NCBI GenBank assembly: GCA_030141605.1
Contig: JAQGDQ010001118.1
Span: 25,029 to 61,619, forward strand
DNA length: 36,591 nt
Direction: 5' to 3'
Source of the DNA: Tubiluchus corallicola
Taxonomy: Eukaryota; Animalia; Priapulida
The notes under the pieces were generated by a model. That model made no database searches, was not told where the DNA came from, and saw only the letters and a list, made by a program, of their open reading frames with translations. Positions 1-9,415 of the stretch are shown piece after piece (within the stretch, counting starts at the first letter, position 1; the number at the start of each line of letters is the position of its first letter). The position numbers and the translations under genes are program-made.

Positions 1-2
1 TA

Positions 3-505
3 TCTTAATATATAAGATTCGAGGCTACAGCCCGGACGAGGGCACCATTTGCGGCGATCTATATATCAAACGAAAGGTCTCGATCTAGTGTCGTGCCATT
101 GATGGTTTATTTTTCGAATGGGGCCCACCGGGAGGAACGAGGGGGAGGCGAAAAACCTCCAAAAATGGCCATTTTTCGGCCGTTTTTTGCAAAAGTTATA
201 CGGCTGAGATCTGAAGAACGGGAACGGGCCATAGGTGGCGCTGGCTATGGATAGATAGCCCGTTCAGCGGTGGGTGTAGTAGGCATATTTAGAATTCCCG
301 AGAGGGCCACGGCGTCCCGTAACGGGCGTTTTCCCGGACCCAACTCGCGACTTTTTCGAAATTTTAACCAAACAGCATGCGGGAAAAACGTTCTAGCATC
401 GCCTGGTGGGACTCTCGGAAGGAGATATAGAGTTCTTTAGAAAGAGGAAGAATGGGGCTACACGATGATGTGGGCTAGATTTTAGCACGTCTACCGAGAA
501 AAGTT
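3..505 (+). mobile_element. Non-autonomous Helitron-like element, 5' part (3' truncated)
   Basis: Starts a|TCTTAATATATAAGATTCGAGGCTACAG and aligns over about 480 bp with the copy at 7292-8037, which has the Helitron 3' hairpin and CTAG. Confidence 0.65.
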
Positions 506-646
506 AAATATCTGCGATTAGTCGAAATTATCAATTAAATCCGACAGTGACACATGTAGCAGCATAAAGAATGGTGCAATACCCAAAGCGCATTAGTTGT
601 GAATCAAATTCTGTATTTTGTGTACTTCCATTTTTTTAAATAAGTA

Positions 647-1030
647 CAGTCATACCTCCGTTGTCGAACGTCTCCGTACTCGACCAACCGCCAAACACGT
701 GATGAGCGCATGTGCTCTGCAAGAGTCATGTACAACATTTGAATTGCCTAACATCGCAAAGTGCTTTTCATGCAGGAACAATCATGTTTTTCTTTCACTG
801 TAATTCTATTATGTTTTTCTTATCAATTATATCATGTATCTACTGTTTGAATAAACATTTTTGCATTATTATATTTTGTTTTAGTAATACTTTACAGTTC
901 ATTTGGTGCTTGAGAATGGATTATTTGCTTTTACATTATTTCTTATGAGAATAAATGATTCGGTTCTCAACGAAATGGATTGCAAACACTTTTTAGGAAC
1001 GAATTATGGTTGAAAACAGAGGTTTGACTG
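647..1030. mobile_element. Tc1/mariner (pogo/Tigger-like) MITE
   Basis: Imperfect TIRs CAGTCATACCTCCGTTGTCGAAC (647-) and GGTTGAAAACAGAGGTTTGACTG (-1030), each flanked by TA (645-646, 1031-1032). Confidence 0.75.
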
Positions 1031-1099
1031 TAGAAGAAAAAACGAGTTACTATTAGTTTTGTATTATTACTTTATTATTAGTTATTATTACTTTGCCAA

Positions 1100-1519
1100 G
1101 AAAATGATTTGTCACACAGGTCACATTTGTATGGTTTCATTCCAGTTTATTATGCTGTGGCACCTGTAACATGTTGACTCACATGTTGTAATGTTTATGT
1201 TGACACATTTCTCGGTTTGAGTGTTCATGTGCTTGAGAAGATTACCTCGCTGAGAAAATGATTTGTCACATTAGTCACATTTGTGAGGCTTCATTCCAGT
1301 ATGTGCGTTCATGTGACTGAGAAGATGACCTCGCTGAGAAAATGATTTGTCACAGTCACATTTGTGGGGTTTCATTCCACTATGTGTGTTCATGTGACTG
1401 AGAAGGTGACCTCGCTGAGAAAATGATTTGTCACATTAGTCACATTTGCGAGGTTTCATTCCACTATGTGTGTTCATGTGCCTGAGAAGACTACCTCGCT
1501 GAGAAAATGATTTGTCACA
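1100..1519 (-). pseudogene. Decayed C2H2 zinc-finger 84-bp units downstream of the stop codon
   Basis: Same repeat unit as the ORF, but with TTA>TAA stops (near 1271 and 1436), a small deletion near 1354 and a scrambled unit at 1100-1215. Confidence 0.8.
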
Positions 1520-2625
1520 TTAGTCACATTTGCGAGGTTTCATTCCACTATGTGTGTTCATGTGCCTGAGAAGACTACCTCGCTGAGAAAATGATTTGTC
1601 ACATAAGTCACATTTGTGGGGTTTCATTTCAGAGTGAGTGTTCAAGTGACTGAGAAGATTACCTTGCTGAGAAAATGATTTGTCACATAAGTCACATTTG
1701 TGAGGCTTCATTCCAATGTGTGTGTTCATGTGCCTGAGAAGACTACATCGCAGAGAAAATGATTTGTTACATAAGTCACATTTGTGGGGCTTCATTCCAG
1801 TGTGAGTGTTCATGTGCATGACAAGACTACCTCGCTGAGAAAATGATTTCTCACATAAGTCACATTTGTGGGATTTCATTCCAGTATGAGTGTTCATGTG
1901 CATGAGAAGACTACCTTGCTGAGAAAATGATTTGTCACACAAGTCACATTTGTGAGGTTTCATTCCAGTATGAATGTTCATGTGACTGAGAAGATGACCT
2001 CGCTGAAAAAATGATTTGTCACATAAGTCACATTTGTGGGGTTTCATTCCAGTATGTGCGTTCATGTGCCTGAGAAGATGACCTCGCTGAGAAAATGATT
2101 TGTCACATAAATCACATTTGTGGGGTTTCATTCCTGTGTGAGTGTTCATGTGCCTGAAAAGATTACCTCGCTCAGAAAATGATTTGTCACATAAGTCACA
2201 TTTGTGGGGTTTCATTCCAGTGTGAGTGTTCATGTGCTTGAGAAGATTACCTCGCTCAGAAAATGACCTGTCACACGAGTCACATTTGTGAGGTTTCATT
2301 CGAGTATGAATGTTCATGTGCTTCAGAAGATTACCTCGCTCAGAAAATGATTTGCCACATAAGTCACATTTGTGGGGTTTCATTCCAGTATGAGTGTTCA
2401 TGTGCGTGAGAAGATAATCACGGCGAGAAAATGATTTGCCACACAAGTCACATTTGTGAGGTTTCATTCCAGTATGAGTGTTCATGTGACTGAGAAGATT
2501 ACCTCGCCGAGAAAATGATTTGTCACATAAGTTACATTTGAGGGGTTTCATTGCAGTATGAGTGTTCATGTGACTGAGAAGATGACCTCGCACAGAAAAT
2601 GATTTGTCACATAAGGAGGAGACAC
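1520..2625 (-). CDS. Tandem C2H2 zinc-finger protein, last exon (12 complete fingers plus 1 partial, TGMKP linkers)
   Basis: Repeats of KCDLCDKSFSxRGxLLxHMNTHTGMKP at 84-bp spacing. The frame stays open upstream of the GTG called by the track (VSSLCDKSFSVRGH), up to a polypyrimidine-CAG acceptor at 2626-2628 (-). Upstream exon(s) not identified. Confidence 0.85.
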
Positions 2626-2919
2626 CTGTATCAAAAAGAAAGGAAAACTAAAATTTACAGTTAAAAATGCAATATCCTTATTGAATATCATTATTAAGAC
2701 TATGTAACAGGTTTACGATTTAAGAACACCATCTAGAAACATTAGTTTATTGACACAAAAGCAATTTGCGATTACAAATATCTACGTATAGAATCTACAA
2801 TTCTACATTTTTGAATGTTAGTAAGTAAAAACAGAGCAAATAGCTAAGAAATAATTTCATTTTCTGACCATTTTTGCTCATTTACCTTTCCTTATTTCTT
2901 CCTATTTTTGTACTGCTTG

Positions 2920-3597
2920 TACAAAGTCATGTGCTTACAATAATGCAAGTGTGGCAATTGTCCCTCTGCCTCCCTCACCCCCTGTTACACAAACTCGGTG
3001 TGCTTACAATAATGCAAGGGTGGCAATTGTCCCTCTGCCTCCCTCACCCCCTGTTATACAAAGTCGGTGTGCTTACAATAATGCAAGGGTGGCAATTGTC
3101 CCTCTGCCTCCCTCACCCCCTGTTATACAAACTCGGTGTGCTTACAATAATGCAAGGGTAGCAATTGTCCCTCTGCCTCCCCACCTCCTGTTACACAAAG
3201 TCGGTGTGCTTACAATAATGCAAGGGTGGCAATTGTCCCTCAGCATCCCCCACCCCCTGTTATACAAAGTCGGTGTGCTTACAATAATGCAAGGGTAGCA
3301 ATTGTCCCTCTGCATCACCACTGTTACACAAAGTCGGTGTGCTTACAATAATGCAAGGGTGGCAATTGTCCCTCTGCCTCCCCTCCTCCTGTTACACAAA
3401 CTCGGTGTGCTTACAATAATGCAAGGGTGGCAAATGTCCCTCTGCCTCCCCCACCCCCTGTTATACAAAGTCGGTGTGCTTACAATAATGCAAGGGTGGC
3501 AATTGTCCCTCTGCCTCCCTCACCCCCTGTTACACAAACTCGGTGTGCTTACAATAATGCAAGGGTGGCAATTGTCCCTCTGCCTCTCCCACCCCAT
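2920..3597. repeat. 69-bp minisatellite, about 10 copies
   Basis: Unit acaaagtcggtgtgcttacaataatgcaagggtggcaattgtccctctgcctccctcaccccctgttat; gives a 23-aa periodicity in spurious ORFs. Confidence 0.95.
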
Positions 3598-3616
3598 TAT
3601 CAATTTAACATATTGT

Positions 3617-3995
3617 CAGGGCATATTCACCAATAGGCTTACTAAGCTATAGCCTAGGGCACCAAAGTTTCAGGGCATCACTTTTAGAAAAAATTCTTAT
3701 TCTCCTCGGAAAATGTGTATACTTTCATATTCATGTAAAGGGCATATTTCATAACACACCACAGTTACTGAGCGCAGATTTTATATAAGTGCCACATAAC
3801 GAACAAGTGCAACGTATTACACAACAAGCAGTTGCGCAATATGCTTCAATATAAGTAGCAATAGTACGAAATAAAAGAATAAAAAAGAATAGTAATAACA
3901 AGCGCTATGCAAATACATGTAACTAATAATGATCTCGTAGAAACTAGCTTAATAGTGTTTCTAACACACCACAAGTAATTGTTTAATATGCTCAA
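3617..3995 (+). repeat. Dispersed repeat (probable DNA-transposon remnant), family also at 15131-15445 and 29228-29540
   Basis: Shared CAGGG(G)CATATT...CTATAGCCTAGG start and internal blocks (ggaaaatgtgtatactttca, aagtgccacataacgaaca, tatgcaaatacatgtaa). Confidence 0.7.
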
Positions 3996-4734
3996 TACAT
4001 AAACATAAATTCAAGTTTTCAAATACAGTTTTCAATATACAACATCTATGTTATATTTACTCAGCATTACGCTTAGCTGTTTGAAAGACTTAAAGGACAA
4101 TAAAAGGGGCACCTGAAGTAGATTTCAGAAAAAATGCCTTGAAAAATTATATTACTTTACGGGCACGTTTATGCACATCGTGTTTGTGTTGAATGCAATT
4201 TTCGTTTGTTTGCATTTCAAATCTCCCGCAATACTGTTCCGACGACGCCATTACATGATGTCACTACACCACGTAAATCAGGGGAAGAAAAGGCAATGTT
4301 AAATTATGACCCAAAAAACTTTCCGTGCAAATCTATATTACTTAGCATTACTGGTGTAAAGACTTATGTAACTAAAATAATAATTTAAAATGTTTGTGCC
4401 AATTGGTAAATGTCGCTGACTCACTCTCCAGGGTGCACCACTCACTGACCAAAAACGTATTTTTAATCTTATTGACAAGATACAGTAATTTAAAATTTTA
4501 CTTAGTTAGCAACGTTTATGCCACCAATGCTCTGATTATTTTTTCAAACTTAATTTAATGTTATTAAAACTTTTTCCACAAGACCTACCATTAAAATGGC
4601 TGCGTCTAACGGTCATCGCGGGAGTTTAAATTTACACGTTTTATACAGCGTTACTGCCGATGCAAGCCATGCATATAAAAAGGTACTATGTAAGTGGTAG
4701 AAAATTTCGAGACAAATTTTTTAAGCTTTATGTA

Positions 4735-5504
4735 AGTGGAGGGTTTTCTTGTGCTTTAAGTAACTGGGAAAGAAAATTCCTAATAATTTAAAATGTTGGA
4801 GCCAACTGGTAAAACAGCAGTGCACATAGATTCACCAAAAAACATATTTTTAATCTCACTGTACACGCCTACTGTACACAGGGATGAAAATGACAAATTG
4901 CAAAAAACTCTGAAACAGGCCGGGGGTTTGCAGTCTACCCCATGGAGGTTCAAGGGGAGCTAGCAACAAATAGCAATTTTGTGACCATAAAGAACCTCTA
5001 AGTGGACTTAAAATATCAATTACCTTGTTTCATGCATAATTTAAAATACCCAACTATCAAGGATACATGATGGCTAATTGTCTCAAAAACGCCTAAGTAC
5101 TGGCCGCTCCTATGCAAAAGTATATAAAAACTGTCTGCAATTGACTCAAATAACTCCGCACAATTGATTCTATATTTTTATACATAGAGATATACACGTG
5201 GTTACACTGATGTACGTGACGTAAACAAAGTGACGGCCTGCCAACTAGCGGTCGGCTTGTGAAATAATGTACTGGGTCCATAAAAATTTGTCAACGAATT
5301 TACAAGATTTATAAAAATGACACTACTGGTCTTCCAAAAACTCGGAATTCTGAGTATCCGCGGAAAATTCTCATCACTGAGTGGAGGGTTTTCTTGTGTT
5401 TTAAGTAACTGGAACAGAAAATTCCTAATAATTTAAAATATTGGAGCCAACTGGTAAAACAGCAGTAAACAAACATTCACCAGAAAACACATTTTTAATT
5501 TCAC
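4735..5504 (+). repeat. About 125-bp direct repeat pair (4735-4860, 5380-5504) flanking a MITE
   Basis: agtggagggttttcttgtg...tttttaat(c/t)tcact occurs twice, with a weaker third copy near 4380-4470. Confidence 0.8.
4879..5379 (+). mobile_element. About 500-bp MITE with short CAGGGATGAGA-type TIRs (family B)
   Basis: Ends cagggatgaaaat / attctcatcactg; homologous copies at 16516-17034 and 27703-28221. No TSD seen. Confidence 0.7.
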
Positions 5505-5629
5505 TAACAGATTTACAGCCTTTCACTAAGTGTGCCATTTTTTTATTTTGCCACCTTTACCTACTTTTCCATTTGGGCCACAAAGAAAAGATAAAGACAA
5601 GGTCCTGTGTTGGGTGGCTGGTTGTCCTG

Positions 5630-5702
5630 CGTTAGGCAGCCGAGTGGTTTAGATATCGGACTGCAAGCACGCAGTCTTGAGTTCGATACTAGCGCCTGCC
5701 AG
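5630..5702 (+). pseudogene. tRNA-derived sequence (SINE head or tRNA pseudogene)
   Basis: A-box-like CAGCCGAGTGG and B-box-like GAGTTCGATAC at tRNA spacing; acceptor and T stems pair poorly, so not a functional tRNA. Confidence 0.5.
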
Positions 5703-6480
5703 GGCCAACGGAATATACCCTGCATGTTATTTGTTATACGTGTGTTGTAAATGTAAGTTACGAAATTTACGTGTGCTAATGTTGTCTGTTAAATTTTGTC
5801 TTTGTCACTGAAAATACATGTTTGAAAATCGGCCCCACTAATATAATAAACTTAACATTTTTGAAATCCAACTTTTCAAATTTTTGCTTTTAAAACTCCA
5901 TACTATTGTTGCAACCCCTCCCCCTCGCAAATTACAGCTCCTAGACCATCACCGGGACGCCAACTTACGTTACTTGAAGCATTCAAAGAGTTTCCACTTC
6001 TGTTATTAGTAGTCGGTTTCCGTGCTGACACTTCTGTGACCAGTTTAGTACTTTAATTAAACAACAGTACCACCACTTACTAGCCAAGTTCTCAAAAAAG
6101 TGAAACGCGGCCAAAAAGAAAAGGCTCCTAGTGCTAATCAGTCTACTAGAACTGAATCACTTTCTGCTTCTAGACGCAGCCATGATCGCGGAAAGAACCG
6201 CTACTTGAGACGCACCAATCAATTCCGTTCAGTTCACTTTATTTCACCATCAAATGTTTTCGATGTAAACTAGATACATTTTAGCAAATACAATAATAAT
6301 TATTATACAAAAAATTAAATATGGCAGACTAAATAAGATGTTCCAATAGCAAATAATACACAGGTGCAGCTACTACTGCACTGAGATACAAAAGCCGATA
6401 TCAACATAGAAATAAGAGACACAAAATTTGATTGACAGATATATTAAAAACCCTGTGGCAGAGGACTTACGTATTATTAT

Positions 6481-7291
6481 CTAGAAAGAGGAAGAACAGG
6501 GCTACACGAAGATGTGGGCTATATGTTAGGATAGGTCCACCAAGAAGATTGACGATGAGTTAATTACATGTTCTATTTTCAGCAATTTTCGCTTAGAAAA
6601 CTGCTGACGCAAAGCCATTGTTGTGATGTCATCCATTGTACTTTGTCTATAACCTTATAGCAGGGGTGTGCAAATTACCTGACTAGCACGACCACATTAA
6701 ACTTTCCCGCAATTCCTGTGGGCCACGAGCAGTTTAATCAAGGAGCCAAGTACAGTAGGACCTAATAACGATTTTTTTGCATCCGACCTGCGTACATCAT
6801 TACTACTACACTCAAGAAACTATTTTAGAGGTTATTAAAATTTATATTACAAACCATATATTTCTACTTTGAGGACAGATAGTGGTAATTTCATTACAAT
6901 GCATATTAGTAATGTGTATCACGCAGTCTGTGTAGTACAGTGACATTAATGTACAACCGTCTTGTAAGGGTTAATGGCATCCGACTTAGTAGAAAAAACT
7001 AACCGCACTATCTTTTGGATCGTGGCACGGACTTCAGCTGGATACAGTCAATTAATCGCTCAGGCCGCACTTTCATTAGGTTGACAAATCTCTTCGCCGG
7101 CCGCACAAATTCTCTTGGCGGGCCACAAGTGGCCCACGGGCCGCAATTTGCACACCCCTGCCTTATAGCTTTAATTCAGCAAAAAGCTGCTGCTGGCTTT
7201 GCGTGATAAAAACGAGGACTAGATAGTATGTTCTCATGGTATTGATTATACGTGTGTTTATACGCAAAATTTTTTGTGGGGCTTTTGCTAG
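6481..7291 (+). mobile_element. Helitron-like element, 3' part, interrupted by a hAT MITE
   Basis: Homologous to 7740-8037; 3' hairpin CGCAAAA-TT-TTTTGTG (7263-7278) lies 9 nt before the terminal CTAG (7288-7291), followed by T. Confidence 0.7.
6661..7160. mobile_element. hAT-superfamily (Charlie-like) MITE, 500 bp
   Basis: Perfect 16-bp TIRs CAGGGGTGTGCAAATT / AATTTGCACACCCCTG and a perfect 8-bp TSD CCTTATAG (6653-6660, 7161-7168). Confidence 0.95.
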
Positions 7292-8037
7292 TCTATATAT
7301 TAATTCTCTTGGTATGTTATATATATATAAGATTCGAGGCTACAGCTTCGACGACGGCACCATTTGCGGCGATCTATACATCAAATGAAAGGCCTCGATC
7401 TAGTGTCATGCCATTGGAGGTTTATTTTTCGAATCGGGCCCACCGGGACGAACGGGGGGTGAGAAACCTCCATTTCTCGGCCGTTTTTTGCAAAAGTTAT
7501 ATACCTGAGATCTGAAGAACGGGAATGGGCCACAGGAGGTGCTGGCTATGGATAGATAGCCCTTTCAGTGATGGGTGTCATAAACATATTTAGAATTCGC
7601 GAGAGGGCCACGACGTCCCGTAACGGGCATTTTCCCTGACCCAACTCGCGAGTTTTTCGAAATTTTGGCCTAACAGCCTGCAGAAAAAACGTTCTAGCCG
7701 CGCCTGGTGGGACTCTCGGAAGGAGATATATAGCTCTTCAGAAAGAAAGAGAACAGGGCTACATGATGATGTGAGCTGTATTTTCAGACACGTACAGCAA
7801 GAGGAGTATCGACGAGTTAATTAGATGTTCTATTTTCGGCAATTTTCACTTAGAAAACTGCTGATGCAAAGCCATTGTTCTGACGTCATCCATTATACTC
7901 TGCATATAACTTTAATTCAGTAAAAGCTGCTGCTGGCTTTGTGTTAGGTAAGTAAACGAACACTAGGTAGGATGTTCGCGTATTTTTGATTATACGTGTA
8001 AATTTATACACTAAATTTTTTGCGGGGCCTTTGCTAG
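7292..8037 (+). mobile_element. Non-autonomous Helitron-like element, apparently complete
   Basis: 5' TCTATATAT..., 3' degenerate hairpin plus GGGGCCTTTG-CTAG (8034-8037) followed by T; no TIR or TSD. Confidence 0.7.
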
Positions 8038-8329
8038 TCTATATTATTATAGTCTGCATTTGGAACTTTGAGCTGATAAGCTTACTGATATTTACTGATA
8101 CCAAGAGGTTTACATTAGGTATAGGTAGCTAAATGCTTCATAAATAACTTGAACTTTATCCGTTGAAACTGATGTGTGCGTATATTGTGTGCACAAGATA
8201 TTTCATATGTTATATAAATCCCAGGATTAAACAGTGACTCATAGTCAGATGTGTCCCTTTATGCAATATTGGTAGAAAAAGTGATGCATGTTGAAAGGTG
8301 ATAGAAGTTGCTGTCTGTGTTGAAAATTT

Positions 8330-8738
8330 AATAATGACAGCACATTTTGTTGCGTGTTATTATAGTCTAAGGCGTAAAATGATAGCACATTTTGTAACAT
8401 GTTATTACAGCTCTAAGGCGTAAAATGACAGCGCATTTTGTAGTGTGTTATTATAGCTGTAAGGCGTAAAATGACAGCGCATTTTGTAGTGTGTTATTAT
8501 AGCTGTAAGGCATAAAATGACAGCGCATTTTGTAGTGTGTTATTATAGCTGTAAGGCATAAAATTATAGCACATTTGTAGTGTGTTATTACAGCTCTAAG
8601 GCCTAAAATGACAGCGCATTTTGTAGTGTGTTATTATAGCTGCAAGGCATAAAATTATAGCACATTTTGTAGTGTGTTATTATAGCTGTAAGGTGTAAAA
8701 CGGGAGCCCATTTGTAGTGTGTTATTGCAGCTCTAAGG
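8330..8738. repeat. 46-bp minisatellite, about 9 copies
   Basis: Unit taaaatgacagcgcattttgtagtgtgttattatagctgtaaggcg. Confidence 0.95.
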
Positions 8739-9415
8739 GTTTTGTGAAGTGCCTGTACTGATTTACTGTGTCTGTAAAATTGCTGTTCTAGTTCCCCCTT
8801 TTCAGAATAAAAAACAAAAATAGAAAACCCCCGATTGCCTTTTTGGGAAGGAAAGTCTTTCATCGTTAATTTTTTTATTTACCATGACCTGATAATTATT
8901 TTTCATTTTTAGGTACAAATTTCTATTACGTACATCCAGATTGAAGCGGAAAAAGCTGACAAATTTCCTTTGGTTTAAGTCACTGGAACATGTCGTACAA
9001 ACTGGGTGGTAGTCGTAAAGGTTTCCGCCACTGTTTTGGCGGTAGTTGATAAAAGTGTTTTTCGGAATATTTTATTTTATCGGATAGTGTTTAAATAAAG
9101 TTTAAAACATTACTTTAATTGTACTAGCTTTCTAGTTAATACAATAACATTATAATTACAGTGACATCCAGTGACAAAAATGGTACAGTTCAGAGTAACA
9201 TTTTTACACATACTTAGTAAAATAGACAAAGATACGACAGGACTTAAGGAAGGAATTAGAAGAGGAAAGAAAAAATGAGAAGAGCAGAAGGGAACAGAGG
9301 TGTTTTCAGTATAATTAGCCAATCTTTATAGGGGCTAACAAGTAAATATAGGGCGGAAAAATTTCCGTTACTTCATAACTGTGTTTTCTCTCCTGGTAAA
9401 CAGGTGTAGATATGA

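Noticed and set aside
2874-3652. Periodic ORFs and a CRISPR-like look of the 69-bp array
   Set aside because: Contiguous tandem units with no unique spacers and no cas genes; ORFs arise from a unit length divisible by 3.
5630-5702. Functional tRNA-Cys (GCA in a CTGCAA loop)
   Set aside because: Acceptor, anticodon and T stems do not pair adequately.
4596-6183. 13-bp inverted match ATGGCTGCGTCTA (4596-4608 +, 6171-6183 -) as possible first exons of the ZNF at 1520-2625
   Set aside because: The minus-strand ATG hits a stop after 8 codons and no convincing in-frame splice path was found; may be a YY1-like motif or chance.
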